In this document: positions 7,955-15,655 of the stretch, one piece after another | Layout: each line of letters begins with the position of its first letter | Numbering within the stretch: position 1 is the first letter of the stretch | NCBI GenBank assembly: GCA_036514355.1 | Contig: DATBXI010000063.1 | Coordinates: 1-24,119, forward strand | From: Desulfuromonadaceae bacterium | GTDB taxonomy: Bacteria > Desulfobacterota > Desulfuromonadia > Geobacterales > Pseudopelobacteraceae | DNA length: 24,119 nucleotides | Direction: 5' to 3' | Position numbers and translations under genes: made by a program | The notes under the pieces: model-generated | Databases searched by the model: none | What the model was told of the DNA's origin: nothing | The model's input: only the letters and a program-made list of their open reading frames with translations

Positions 7955-8983
7955 ATGCGCATATCAAATTCATTGATCAATATAGTTGCAATCGCCGTAC
8001 TGTCCGCGGCGCTCTTCGCGTGCAGCAATGGCAACAGCGGCGACGTGGCGCCGGTGGACAACAACGGCAACCATCCTGCCGACTGGGTTCACAAGCATCC
8101 TGCGTATGCCGCACAAACCCAGCTTGCCGCCTGCACCGGCTGCCACGGCGACAATCTGGACGGCGGCAAGGCCAACGTGAGCTGTTTTGGTGCGGGTTAT
8201 CAACGCAGCGGGTTCCAATGCCACACCAACAACCCGAAAAATTATGCGGTTGACGACTGCGGTTCGTGCCACAACGGGCCGCCGAACGGTCCCAACGGCG
8301 CACTCTTTCCCAACAACCAGGGCGCCCACGATTCACACACCAACGTTCCCAGCGTGACCTGCAGCGCATGCCATAACGGACTCGGCTCGGGCACCGCCCA
8401 CCATGGCGACGGCACCCAGGTCGTCAGCCTGGCGCCCGGCTTCCAGGCGGAAACGGTCACCACCGATTTCAACTATCACCCCGTCAACCCGAACGACCAG
8501 ACCAAGGGCGGTACCTGCTCCGGGGTCAGCTGCCACGGCGGCCAGGTGTCCCCCGAATGGTTGACCGGCAAGTGGAGCAACGGGAACGACTTCAACCTTG
8601 CGACGGATTGCTTGAAATGTCACGAAGAAGCCACCGCTGCGCCAGGGCCGGGTAAGCCGACGAAGCCGCAGTACAACAGCTACTACTCCGGAGTTGATGC
8701 GACCTACACTGGGGTGCCGGCGAGCAATACGTTGCATCATTTTCACGTGAGCGGATTAGGGAAAGACTGCACAGAATGCCATAACATCAACAGACTGAGT
8801 GACAGCCAGACGCACTTCAGCGGGGTCACCACCAATACCTTCACGGATCCCGGCGCCACCGTCGGCTCTGCACCGACCAAAATCGGCACCTACGACAAGG
8901 CAACGAAAACCTGTTTCAACACAAACCTCAACAATAGCAACCCAGGTTGCCACATAGCGAACTTCGTTGGGCACTGGCAGTAA
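7955..8983 (+). CDS. Multiheme c-type cytochrome lipoprotein (ExtD position), 5 canonical plus 3 atypical motifs
   Basis: Lipobox LFA-C23. CXXCH x5 (CTGCH, CGSCH, CSACH, CLKCH, CTECH), CX4CH (CSGVSCH), CX11CH x2. Rich in N, T, G and S. Confidence 0.9.
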   Translation: MRISNSLINIVAIAVLSAALFACSNGNSGDVAPVDNNGNHPADWVHKHPAYAAQTQLAACTGCHGDNLDGGKANVSCFGAGYQRSGFQCHTNNPKNYAVDDCGSCHNGPPNGPNGALFPNNQGAHDSHTNVPSVTCSACHNGLGSGTAHHGDGTQVVSLAPGFQAETVTTDFNYHPVNPNDQTKGGTCSGVSCHGGQVSPEWLTGKWSNGNDFNLATDCLKCHEEATAAPGPGKPTKPQYNSYYSGVDATYTGVPASNTLHHFHVSGLGKDCTECHNINRLSDSQTHFSGVTTNTFTDPGATVGSAPTKIGTYDKATKTCFNTNLNNSNPGCHIANFVGHWQ

Positions 8984-8996
8984 GTAGAGTACTCGA

Positions 8997-9044
8997 TGAA
9001 ACAGGAAAGCCCCTCCCGGCAACGGGAGGGGCTTTCCTGTTTCA
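8997..9044. terminator. Perfect 22-bp hairpin with GCAA loop; terminator of the cytochrome operon
   Basis: TGAAACAGGAAAGCCCCTCCCG (8997-9018), GCAA, then the exact reverse complement (9023-9044). Confidence 0.9.
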
Positions 9045-9090
9045 GTAAAAGCTTTTGCATCATCCAGCCTGTTTTACTATGAATTGGAAA

Positions 9091-9124
9091 TTAAAAATGG
9101 GACCGCAAAGGGTCCCATTTTTAA
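9091..9124. terminator. 14-bp hairpin; terminator of the minus-strand lipoprotein gene (symmetric)
   Basis: TTAAAAATGGGACC, 6-nt loop, GGTCCCATTTTTAA. Confidence 0.85.
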
Positions 9125-9145
9125 TCCATAAGCCAGGAGTTCTAT

Positions 9146-9544
9146 TTACTTTTCAACCCGTATGCCCGGAATAAAATGTATCGCTGCAAAGGTCTTGTTG
9201 AGCGTTTTACTGGTGAAGTTCACCATCGGCGGTGTGTCCGGATATTCGATCTTATCGCCTACCGCGACCTTCATCTGAGGCATGGCCAGCCACGTTTTCT
9301 CCCCTTTGTCGTCGGCTGCCTCCACATAGGTGTACCCCGCGGCGTTCATGGTCTGGGTGATCTTGCCTTTTTTGCCGGCACCTGCAGGGATCTCCTGGGC
9401 TTTCATGCCTGCATGGGGATCTCCCACGCCGGGTTGTGCAGGGGCCGCGGCGGGTTTCTGAGGTGCCTCAGCCGCAGGTTTGTTCTGGCAACCGGCAAGG
9501 GCGATCGCAGCGATCGAAAGAAGCGTCAATATGGTGTTTCGCAC
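9146..9544 (-). CDS. Lipoprotein, NrfJ-related / OB-fold-like
   Basis: GTG 9544 with AGGAGG RBS (track start 9643 is too long). Lipobox LAG-C, Pro/Ala linker, and the domain GKITQTMNAAGYTYVE...TWLA...MVNFTSKTLNKTF, which I recall from NrfJ-related proteins. Confidence 0.65.
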   Translation of the reverse strand: MRNTILTLLSIAAIALAGCQNKPAAEAPQKPAAAPAQPGVGDPHAGMKAQEIPAGAGKKGKITQTMNAAGYTYVEAADDKGEKTWLAMPQMKVAVGDKIEYPDTPPMVNFTSKTLNKTFAAIHFIPGIRVEK

Positions 9545-9863
9545 GGAGAACCTCCTGATTTTTGATTGTATACAAATACCATAAAAGCACTTGAATATCC
9601 AAGGAAAAAGTACGGCCCTCTCCGGGCCTGAACGCTCTCCCATTGCCGTTTTTCAGCTACAGGTAAATGCTTCGCCATGCAATAAAGTGAGTGAAAAAAA
9701 TGATGGTTTTATCGTATGATGGTTTAATTGGTGAGCATGTGGTGAAACTCCAATGGTTAGCTGTGGGTAACTATACTGTACACCCCGTTTCCGGCGTCCA
9801 TAGCGCTGGCATTTCCCTCGTACCTGCAGTTGTATGAAATGTCTGTTTGATGGTCGAGTCACA

Positions 9864-11042
9864 ATGAACACATATTTTCGCAAAATACGCCTGTTGACCA
9901 TCTGCCTCGTGTGCTCAATTCTGGCGCATATCTTTGTTGTGTACGCGCTGAGGCTGTTCGGGACCTACGATTTCAGCGCACCTGTGAGTCAGCCCCCGGG
10001 AGTGACCGTCGAATTGGCCAAATCAACCGATGCCGCTCCCGCAGAAGAGAATGCCGAGAAACAAGAAAACGACGCAGTCCAGGAAGACGACACCAGCGTG
10101 AAACGTCCGCTCCCGGTCCAGGAAGATGACGGCAGCACGGTGTCCGAGTCCGAACCGGAACCGGCGGAGATGCCGATCGTGAGAAGGGATAAGGTTGTCT
10201 CCCCACAGGCCGAAAAAGCAACCGCCGGCGCTCTGCCAGCCGGAGCATCTCTTTCCAAAGCCGCGAGTCAAACTCCCCCTCCATTGAAGGCAGGGGACTT
10301 TCTGGGGGCGCAATTCGAAAAGCTCACCTACCAGATAACCATGCTTGGCATACCCATAGGAAACGCCGAACTTGAAGCGAAGTACGAGAACGGAGAGACT
10401 TCGATCACGCTGAGAGTCAAATCAAATGCCGCAATCTCTAGTGTTTTTCCGGTTGACGATGTTGTCGAAACCCGTCATCTCGACGGCAGGTTCATCATGA
10501 CGAATGTAAAACAGCGAGAGGGCGACTTCAGGAGTGATGAGATGTTTGCCATCAACCCAGGGAAAAAATCGGTGTCCTGGATGGACAACATCAGGGGGCG
10601 CAGCCTGAAAATGCCGCTTCCCACCGACGATGTGCTCGACACTCTATCGGGTATCTATTACCTCAGGAAACGTCAGCTGCAGGTTGGCCGGACGGAAACT
10701 CTCCACATCTACGACAGTGAGACATATGCGGATGTGCCGGTTGAAATCCTGTCCCGGGAGGAAATGCGCCTTCCTAATCTCACGAAGGTCAATGCGCTGG
10801 TTGTCCGCCCGCTCCAAAAGACGGCGGGCATTTTCAGGCGAACAGGGGATGTCCTGATCTGGATGACTGACGATGATCACAAAGTGCCGGTAAAAATCGT
10901 CACCTCCATCGCTCTCGGCAAGGTGACGGCCGATCTTGTGTCAGCCGAATCGAAACCCTTTGATGCAGAGCCCAAGGACACATCCCGGTTGATGCAACAT
11001 GCTGACACCACACCACCACGGAATGGAACCGCCCGCCGGTGA
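9864..11042 (+). CDS. Membrane-anchored DUF3108-domain protein
   Basis: N-terminal TM, acidic/Pro linker, and a C-terminal EKLTYQITMLGIPIG...DTLSGIYYLR...IWMTDDDHKVPVKI domain. Likely start ATG 9864 with a weak RBS. Confidence 0.75.
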   Translation: MNTYFRKIRLLTICLVCSILAHIFVVYALRLFGTYDFSAPVSQPPGVTVELAKSTDAAPAEENAEKQENDAVQEDDTSVKRPLPVQEDDGSTVSESEPEPAEMPIVRRDKVVSPQAEKATAGALPAGASLSKAASQTPPPLKAGDFLGAQFEKLTYQITMLGIPIGNAELEAKYENGETSITLRVKSNAAISSVFPVDDVVETRHLDGRFIMTNVKQREGDFRSDEMFAINPGKKSVSWMDNIRGRSLKMPLPTDDVLDTLSGIYYLRKRQLQVGRTETLHIYDSETYADVPVEILSREEMRLPNLTKVNALVVRPLQKTAGIFRRTGDVLIWMTDDDHKVPVKIVTSIALGKVTADLVSAESKPFDAEPKDTSRLMQHADTTPPRNGTARR

Positions 11043-11075
11043 ATGGCACAAGCCCCATCTCCTGAAGGATTCCCC

Positions 11076-11615
11076 ATGCTTCACAATAATTCACTACGCA
11101 GAATACTGGTGGTGCTCATCGCCCTCATTGTCTCTGGGTGTGATACAAAACAGGACTTGCAAACAGGGGATTCCGCCCCAGAATTTTCAGTATCGGACAT
11201 GCGTGGCGAACGGATTCGTTTGAGCCAGTTCAAGGGCAAAATCGTTGTCCTGTATTTCTGGCGGAATTCGTGCTGTAGTGATGGCTTGAAACGTATCGAA
11301 CCGCTGTATCGCGCAAACAGACACAATAATTTCGAGATAGTGGCGGTAAATGGCGGCGACACCAAAGAGGCTGTTGCAGCGTATGCGAAGAGCAACGGAT
11401 TGACGTTTGCTATGGTGCCGGATGAACAGTTGATGCTGGTGAATCAGTATCACGTCATCGGGTTTCCGACGATTTTCATACTGGACAAGCATGGTCTTAT
11501 CCGCGAAAAAATCATGGGCGCGGTACAAACCGAGCAACTGGAGAAATTACTCCAACGCCAGTTCGGCATCCAGAAAGCGGCTGAGGCTGCATATGAGAAG
11601 ACCCATGTCCATTAG
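11076..11615 (+). CDS. TlpA/ResA-like thioredoxin-fold lipoprotein with vicinal CC instead of CXXC
   Basis: Lipobox VSG-C. APEFSVSDMRGERIRLSQFKGKIVVLYFW, cis-Pro loop GFPT, FILDKHGLIR. The active-site region reads FWRNSCCSDG. ATG 11076 follows GAAGGA. Confidence 0.85.
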   Translation: MLHNNSLRRILVVLIALIVSGCDTKQDLQTGDSAPEFSVSDMRGERIRLSQFKGKIVVLYFWRNSCCSDGLKRIEPLYRANRHNNFEIVAVNGGDTKEAVAAYAKSNGLTFAMVPDEQLMLVNQYHVIGFPTIFILDKHGLIREKIMGAVQTEQLEKLLQRQFGIQKAAEAAYEKTHVH

Positions 11616-11697
11616 ATCCTTTATGTGGCCGGCACGTGCGGATGTGGGTCTGAAACGCTGCTGCGATGGACGAATACACGTACAAGGGGATGAGTAA

Positions 11698-12075
11698 ATG
11701 CTGCTGCAAGCTGTAATCTGGATGAATCTCGCGCTTGTTTTCTACACGTGGGCCGTGTTCAGCGGGCGAAAACAGGGATTGCACCGGAAGCATCTGATTA
11801 TTTTCGGCATCGGCCTGGCGTGCGATTATCTTGGTACCCACCAGATGAACCTGTTCGCCCATACCTACGGCAAGGCGCCCGAATGGCACAACATCACCGG
11901 CATCGCTTCGTTGGGTGGGATGGCTTTTCACTTTATGCTGGCGCTCGTCGCTTCCCTGGCGAACAAAGCGGAAGCGGTCAACCGCATTTTTCACCGCGTC
12001 AGCCTGAGCATCTATACCTGCTGGCTGATTGCCTTTTTCAGCGGGGCCATCTCCGGCATGATGCGCATGCGGTAA
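11698..12075 (+). CDS. HsmA-like (TIGR03987-type) 4-TM membrane protein
   Basis: LALVFYTWAV, HLIIFGIGLACDYLGT, HNITGIASL, FHF.LA and FHRVSLSIY.CW match the HsmA pattern, including the conserved His residues. Confidence 0.7.
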   Translation: MLLQAVIWMNLALVFYTWAVFSGRKQGLHRKHLIIFGIGLACDYLGTHQMNLFAHTYGKAPEWHNITGIASLGGMAFHFMLALVASLANKAEAVNRIFHRVSLSIYTCWLIAFFSGAISGMMRMR

Positions 12076-12098
12076 GCCGATAACCTGTCCCACAACGC

Positions 12099-12133
12099 AC
12101 ATCGGCCCGGCGATATCTTCGCCGGGCCGATGT
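12099..12133. terminator. 15-bp hairpin between convergent hsmA-like and radical SAM genes
   Basis: ACATCGGCCCGGCGA, TATCT loop, TCGCCGGGCCGATGT, followed by T-rich sequence on the + strand. Confidence 0.8.
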
Positions 12134-12156
12134 TGTTTGCGTTCTTTCCTGAAATA

Positions 12157-13632
12157 TCAGTAGCTCTTGAACACGTCCGTGGTGAAGTGCATCGGCATCT
12201 CGGAGCCGGAGAAATCGAAATGCTCGCCATGATCCTTCATCATCAGTCTGAATGCGCTGAGCATGTAGCGCCGCTTGAATCCATCCTCCAGCGCAACGAT
12301 CTCCTGCACCTTCTCGCTATAGAATTTCATGTAGCAGGTCCCCAACGCCTGGGTGATCTCATCCATGGACATTTCGTGGGGTTCCACAATGGGTGTTACC
12401 AGGTTGTATTTCGAGTAATCCCACACCCTGATGCGGTCCTTCATCTCCTTGAAGAGCGGCGTGAAGGGCATGGGAGTCACCACCGGGAAGACGGCGATGT
12501 CCGGGTTCAGGTATTTCGCCGACTCGATGGTGCTGTCTATGGAGTCCCACGTTTCGTTGGGGAAGCCGATCATGAACGACGCCTCGGTGATGATACCTGC
12601 ATCACGGCACAGGTCCAGGGCCTGTTTGTTCTGTTCGAAACTGGTTCCTTTGTTGAGGCTGTTCAGGGTGTCCTTATCGGCGCTCTCTGCGCCGATATAG
12701 ATGTGGATGATGCCGGCATCCCGGTATTTATGCAGGATATCCGCATCCCTGATGATATCCTCGACCCGCGTCTCGATAAGGAGGCGGACGCCGAAGTTCC
12801 GCTCGATCAGAAGATCCAGGAACAGTTCCCAGCGATCCCGGTGTTTTGTCGGATAGGCATCGATAAGGGTGAAATAGCTGATGTTGTAGGTTTCGATCAG
12901 GTGAGCCATTTCTTCGATGACGTTTTCCGGTTTTCGGCAGCGCCAGTCTTCGCGCCAGAACATCCGCTGGCTGCAAAACGCGCATCCCATGTCGCAGCCG
13001 CGGGAGGTGAGGATGGAGGCCATCCTGCCGTTCGGCTCGACAAGATACCGGTAGTCCTCCCAGTCCAGCAGGTGCCAGGCCGGTTTCAATGAATCCAGCT
13101 CCACGATGTGCGCCTGGTTTTCGTTGCTGATGACCTCCGTCCCCTCACGGTAGGCGATCCCTTTGACGCTTTTCCCCGTCCCCTCCGGGATCGCGGTGAG
13201 CAGTTGCTTCAGGGTATGCTCCGGCTCTCCCTTGATGATGAAATCCACGTTGCTTTTCTCATCTCCCGGGGTTTCCAGAATCTCCTGGTACATGAACGTC
13301 GGGTGCGGTCCGCCCAGCAGCGTCACGATGGCGGGATTCACCTGTTTGGCAACGTCGAGGATCTTGAGGGCATCGGGCACCGTCGCGGTGCTGATGGCCC
13401 CGGTAACGGGGAGATAGTCGAGCGTCATGACGAAGTCGGGCTGGTACCGCTCTATTTCGGCGCGGATATCCTTAAACGAGAGCTTCTTGTTCATGGCATC
13501 GAAGATCCGTGCCTCGTGGCCGGCTTCAAGCGCCGCACCGGCCAGGTACGCCAGATGCAGCGGAGGCCAGGTTCCGACGACCTGCACGCCCCAGCAATGG
13601 TATGGCGCTGTTACGAAAAGAATCTTGCTCAT
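12157..13632 (-). CDS. B12-binding radical SAM protein, BchE-like (paralog 1)
   Basis: N-terminal cobalamin-binding-type domain (WPPLHLAYLAG, LGGPHPTFMY). CxxxCxxC RGCDMGCAFC at 12973-12996. TRVEDIIRDADILHKYRDAG and DYSKYNLVTPI match the BchE family. Confidence 0.9.
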   Translation of the reverse strand: MSKILFVTAPYHCWGVQVVGTWPPLHLAYLAGAALEAGHEARIFDAMNKKLSFKDIRAEIERYQPDFVMTLDYLPVTGAISTATVPDALKILDVAKQVNPAIVTLLGGPHPTFMYQEILETPGDEKSNVDFIIKGEPEHTLKQLLTAIPEGTGKSVKGIAYREGTEVISNENQAHIVELDSLKPAWHLLDWEDYRYLVEPNGRMASILTSRGCDMGCAFCSQRMFWREDWRCRKPENVIEEMAHLIETYNISYFTLIDAYPTKHRDRWELFLDLLIERNFGVRLLIETRVEDIIRDADILHKYRDAGIIHIYIGAESADKDTLNSLNKGTSFEQNKQALDLCRDAGIITEASFMIGFPNETWDSIDSTIESAKYLNPDIAVFPVVTPMPFTPLFKEMKDRIRVWDYSKYNLVTPIVEPHEMSMDEITQALGTCYMKFYSEKVQEIVALEDGFKRRYMLSAFRLMMKDHGEHFDFSGSEMPMHFTTDVFKSY

Positions 13633-13669
13633 TACCTTCTCCCCTGCGTTATGAGATTTTACAGAATAT

Positions 13670-13695
13670 GAGGACCCCGGTGCAGCAGGGTCCTC
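13670..13695 (-). promoter_or_regulatory. Hairpin in the 5' region of radical SAM paralog 1
   Basis: GAGGACCC-N10-GGGTCCTC, 38 nt upstream of ATG 13632. No long U-tract follows on the minus strand. Confidence 0.45.
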
Positions 13696-13796
13696 GAATT
13701 TCTTTGCCGTACTTTAGCAGGGAAACCGGCAAATGGTCATGTAAAGATTTAGTAAAGAACGCAATGGTTGGAAGATGACAGCGGGGTAAGGGCAGC

Positions 13797-14888
13797 TTAT
13801 CCCATCACTCGATCGTCACCCTTACAGGGGAGGTGGAACCAGACCCGTGTCCCGCTCTCGTCACTCTCCGCGCCCACTGTTCCGCCATGCGCCTCGATCA
13901 GTTCCTTGACGATCGCCAGCCCGATGCCCGCTCCACCCGCATCCCGTGAGCGCGACCGGTCGGCCCGGAAGAACCGCTCGAACAGGTACGGGATATCCTT
14001 ATCCGCGATCAGGGCGCCGCTGTTGCTGAAGATGGTTCTTATGCCGTCCGGGGTGCTCTGCACCGCAATCGTAACGCTTCCACCCCGGGGAGTGTATTTC
14101 CAGGCATTGTCGGCCAGGTTGCGAATCGCCTGCAGCAACTTGTCGCGATCCGCCGTCACCAGGTCGCTTCCCGGATCGATCTGCCACTGCACATCGATCC
14201 CCTTTTCCTGGAAATTCGGCTGATACAGGGTCATGATCTGATCGAGCAGTTCGTGGAGGGAGAGTTCCTCGCAATCGAGAAAGGCCTTGGCGGCATCGGC
14301 CCGGGCCAGTTGCTGGAGGTCCTCGACCAGGTGGACCAGGCGCAGGACCTCCTGCTCAAGCATCTGGAAGGTTTCGCGGCTCGGCGGTATGACGGAGTCG
14401 CTCAACCCCTCCAGGTACCCGCGCAGATTGGTCAGCGGGGTGCGCAACTCGTGGGCGATGTCGGCCACCATGTTCTTGCGCAGCCGTTCGACCGCTTCCA
14501 GGTTGTCGGCCATGTGGTTGAAGGCATCGGCAAGCTGGCCTCCTTCATAGCGGGATGCCGCGTTGACCCGCTCGGAGTAATTCCCGTCGGCAACCTTTTT
14601 GGTTATGGCGGTGATCTGCAGCAGGGGGTGCAGGACCCATTTGGTCAGGAGGTACGTGAAGAGCAGGGTAAAGGTCAACGCAGCGAAAACGCCCCAGAAC
14701 AGGTGGTGGTGGATGGCCTCAAGGAACCGGGCATGGGCCTCAATCGGCGAGACGTGGAAACGTCCCGTCAGCTCCTTGTAATACTCTACCGCTTGCCGAT
14801 CCACGGCCTGCCAGACCACCAGTGAAAAGATCGCAAAGATCGGGACTATGTGGCCGATCAATAACTTCCAGAGTAGCCGTTGTCGCAT
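13797..14888 (-). CDS. Sensor histidine kinase, HAMP-HisKA-HATPase (BaeS-like)
   Basis: Two TMs, HAMP, H-box VADIAHELRTPLTNL, N-box NLADNAWKY, G-box GAGIGLAI. ATG 14888 with AGGGGG RBS. Confidence 0.92.
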   Translation of the reverse strand: MRQRLLWKLLIGHIVPIFAIFSLVVWQAVDRQAVEYYKELTGRFHVSPIEAHARFLEAIHHHLFWGVFAALTFTLLFTYLLTKWVLHPLLQITAITKKVADGNYSERVNAASRYEGGQLADAFNHMADNLEAVERLRKNMVADIAHELRTPLTNLRGYLEGLSDSVIPPSRETFQMLEQEVLRLVHLVEDLQQLARADAAKAFLDCEELSLHELLDQIMTLYQPNFQEKGIDVQWQIDPGSDLVTADRDKLLQAIRNLADNAWKYTPRGGSVTIAVQSTPDGIRTIFSNSGALIADKDIPYLFERFFRADRSRSRDAGGAGIGLAIVKELIEAHGGTVGAESDESGTRVWFHLPCKGDDRVMG

Positions 14889-14898
14889 CGTATTCCCC

Positions 14899-15609
14899 CT
14901 AGATGCCGCCGTCGCTGAAGGAATAACCATGGCCGCGCACGGTCAGGATGAAGCAGGGGCGGGAAGGATCGTCCTCGATTTTTTGGCGGAGTTTTCCGAT
15001 ATGAACGTCGATGACCCGGTCAATGACCGCCTCGCTGTTCTGATAGCACTGGCTGAGGAGTTCTTCGCGGGAAAAGGCCCTCCCCGGGGAACTCATCAGG
15101 GTGTGCAACAGCTTGTATTCCCACGACGTCAGGGGAACGAGTCTCCCATCGCGGGTTACCCTGTGCTTCTCGGAGTCCAGCTCCAGTCCGGCAAACGCAA
15201 GGACGGGCGCAGCGGATGAAACCGGCCTGCTGCGGCGCAGGATCGCTTTGACCCGCTCCACCAGCTCGCGGGGGCTGAACGGTTTGACCACGTAATCATC
15301 GGCGCCCATCGCCAGCCCCGCTACCCGGTCAACCTCTTCTTCCCGCGCCGTAAGGATCAGGACCGGAATGTTGGAACGCTCCCGCAGAGCCCGGCAAATC
15401 GCCCAGCCGTCCAGATTGGGCAGCATGATGTCGAGGATGACGAAGACAGGATCACAGGTGCCGGCGGTTTCGATCGCCTGTCCCCCATCGTGGACCATCA
15501 CCGTCGAAAAACCTTCCCGCTCCAGGTACGTTGCAACCAGTGCGGCCGTGTTGCGGTCGTCTTCTACTATCAGCACCGTGCCCTGTTTGGCTGCTATGGA
15601 TTGGGACAT
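14899..15609 (-). CDS. OmpR-family response regulator
   Basis: LIVEDD, ILDIMLP, GADDYVVKPFSPREL and winged-helix RVIDVHIGKLRQKIE. ATG 15609 has a GGAG RBS; the alternative start is 15624. Confidence 0.92.
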   Translation of the reverse strand: MSQSIAAKQGTVLIVEDDRNTAALVATYLEREGFSTVMVHDGGQAIETAGTCDPVFVILDIMLPNLDGWAICRALRERSNIPVLILTAREEEVDRVAGLAMGADDYVVKPFSPRELVERVKAILRRSRPVSSAAPVLAFAGLELDSEKHRVTRDGRLVPLTSWEYKLLHTLMSSPGRAFSREELLSQCYQNSEAVIDRVIDVHIGKLRQKIEDDPSRPCFILTVRGHGYSFSDGGI

Positions 15610-15624
15610 GACATTCTCCGACAT

Positions 15625-15655
15625 GGGGGATGAGGACCATGCATCCTCATCTCCC
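15625..15655. repeat. GATGAG/CTCATC-type hairpin between rhodanese stop and response regulator start
   Basis: GATGAGGA (15629-15636) and TCCTCATC (15644-15651) pair perfectly; the stem extends to 12 bp (15625-15655) with one G-T pair. Confidence 0.6.

Noticed and set aside
9420-9480. Pro/Ala repeats in the lipoprotein linker (and the Pro-rich tail of DUF4124) as DNA repeats
   Set aside because: Low-complexity protein linkers with no regular nucleotide repeat unit.
11260-11285. Selenocysteine or frameshift explanation for the CC motif
   Set aside because: No in-frame TGA, and the frame stays open and family-like on both sides.
12130-13092. 320-aa plus-strand ORF
   Set aside because: Antisense shadow of radical SAM paralog 1.
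13715-13796. Plus-strand fragments resembling GEMM, SAM-I or cobalamin riboswitches (GGGAAACCGGCAAA, GACAGCGGGG, GGAAGATGA)
   Set aside because: Wrong strand for the downstream radical SAM gene; the required pairing partners and core motifs are missing.
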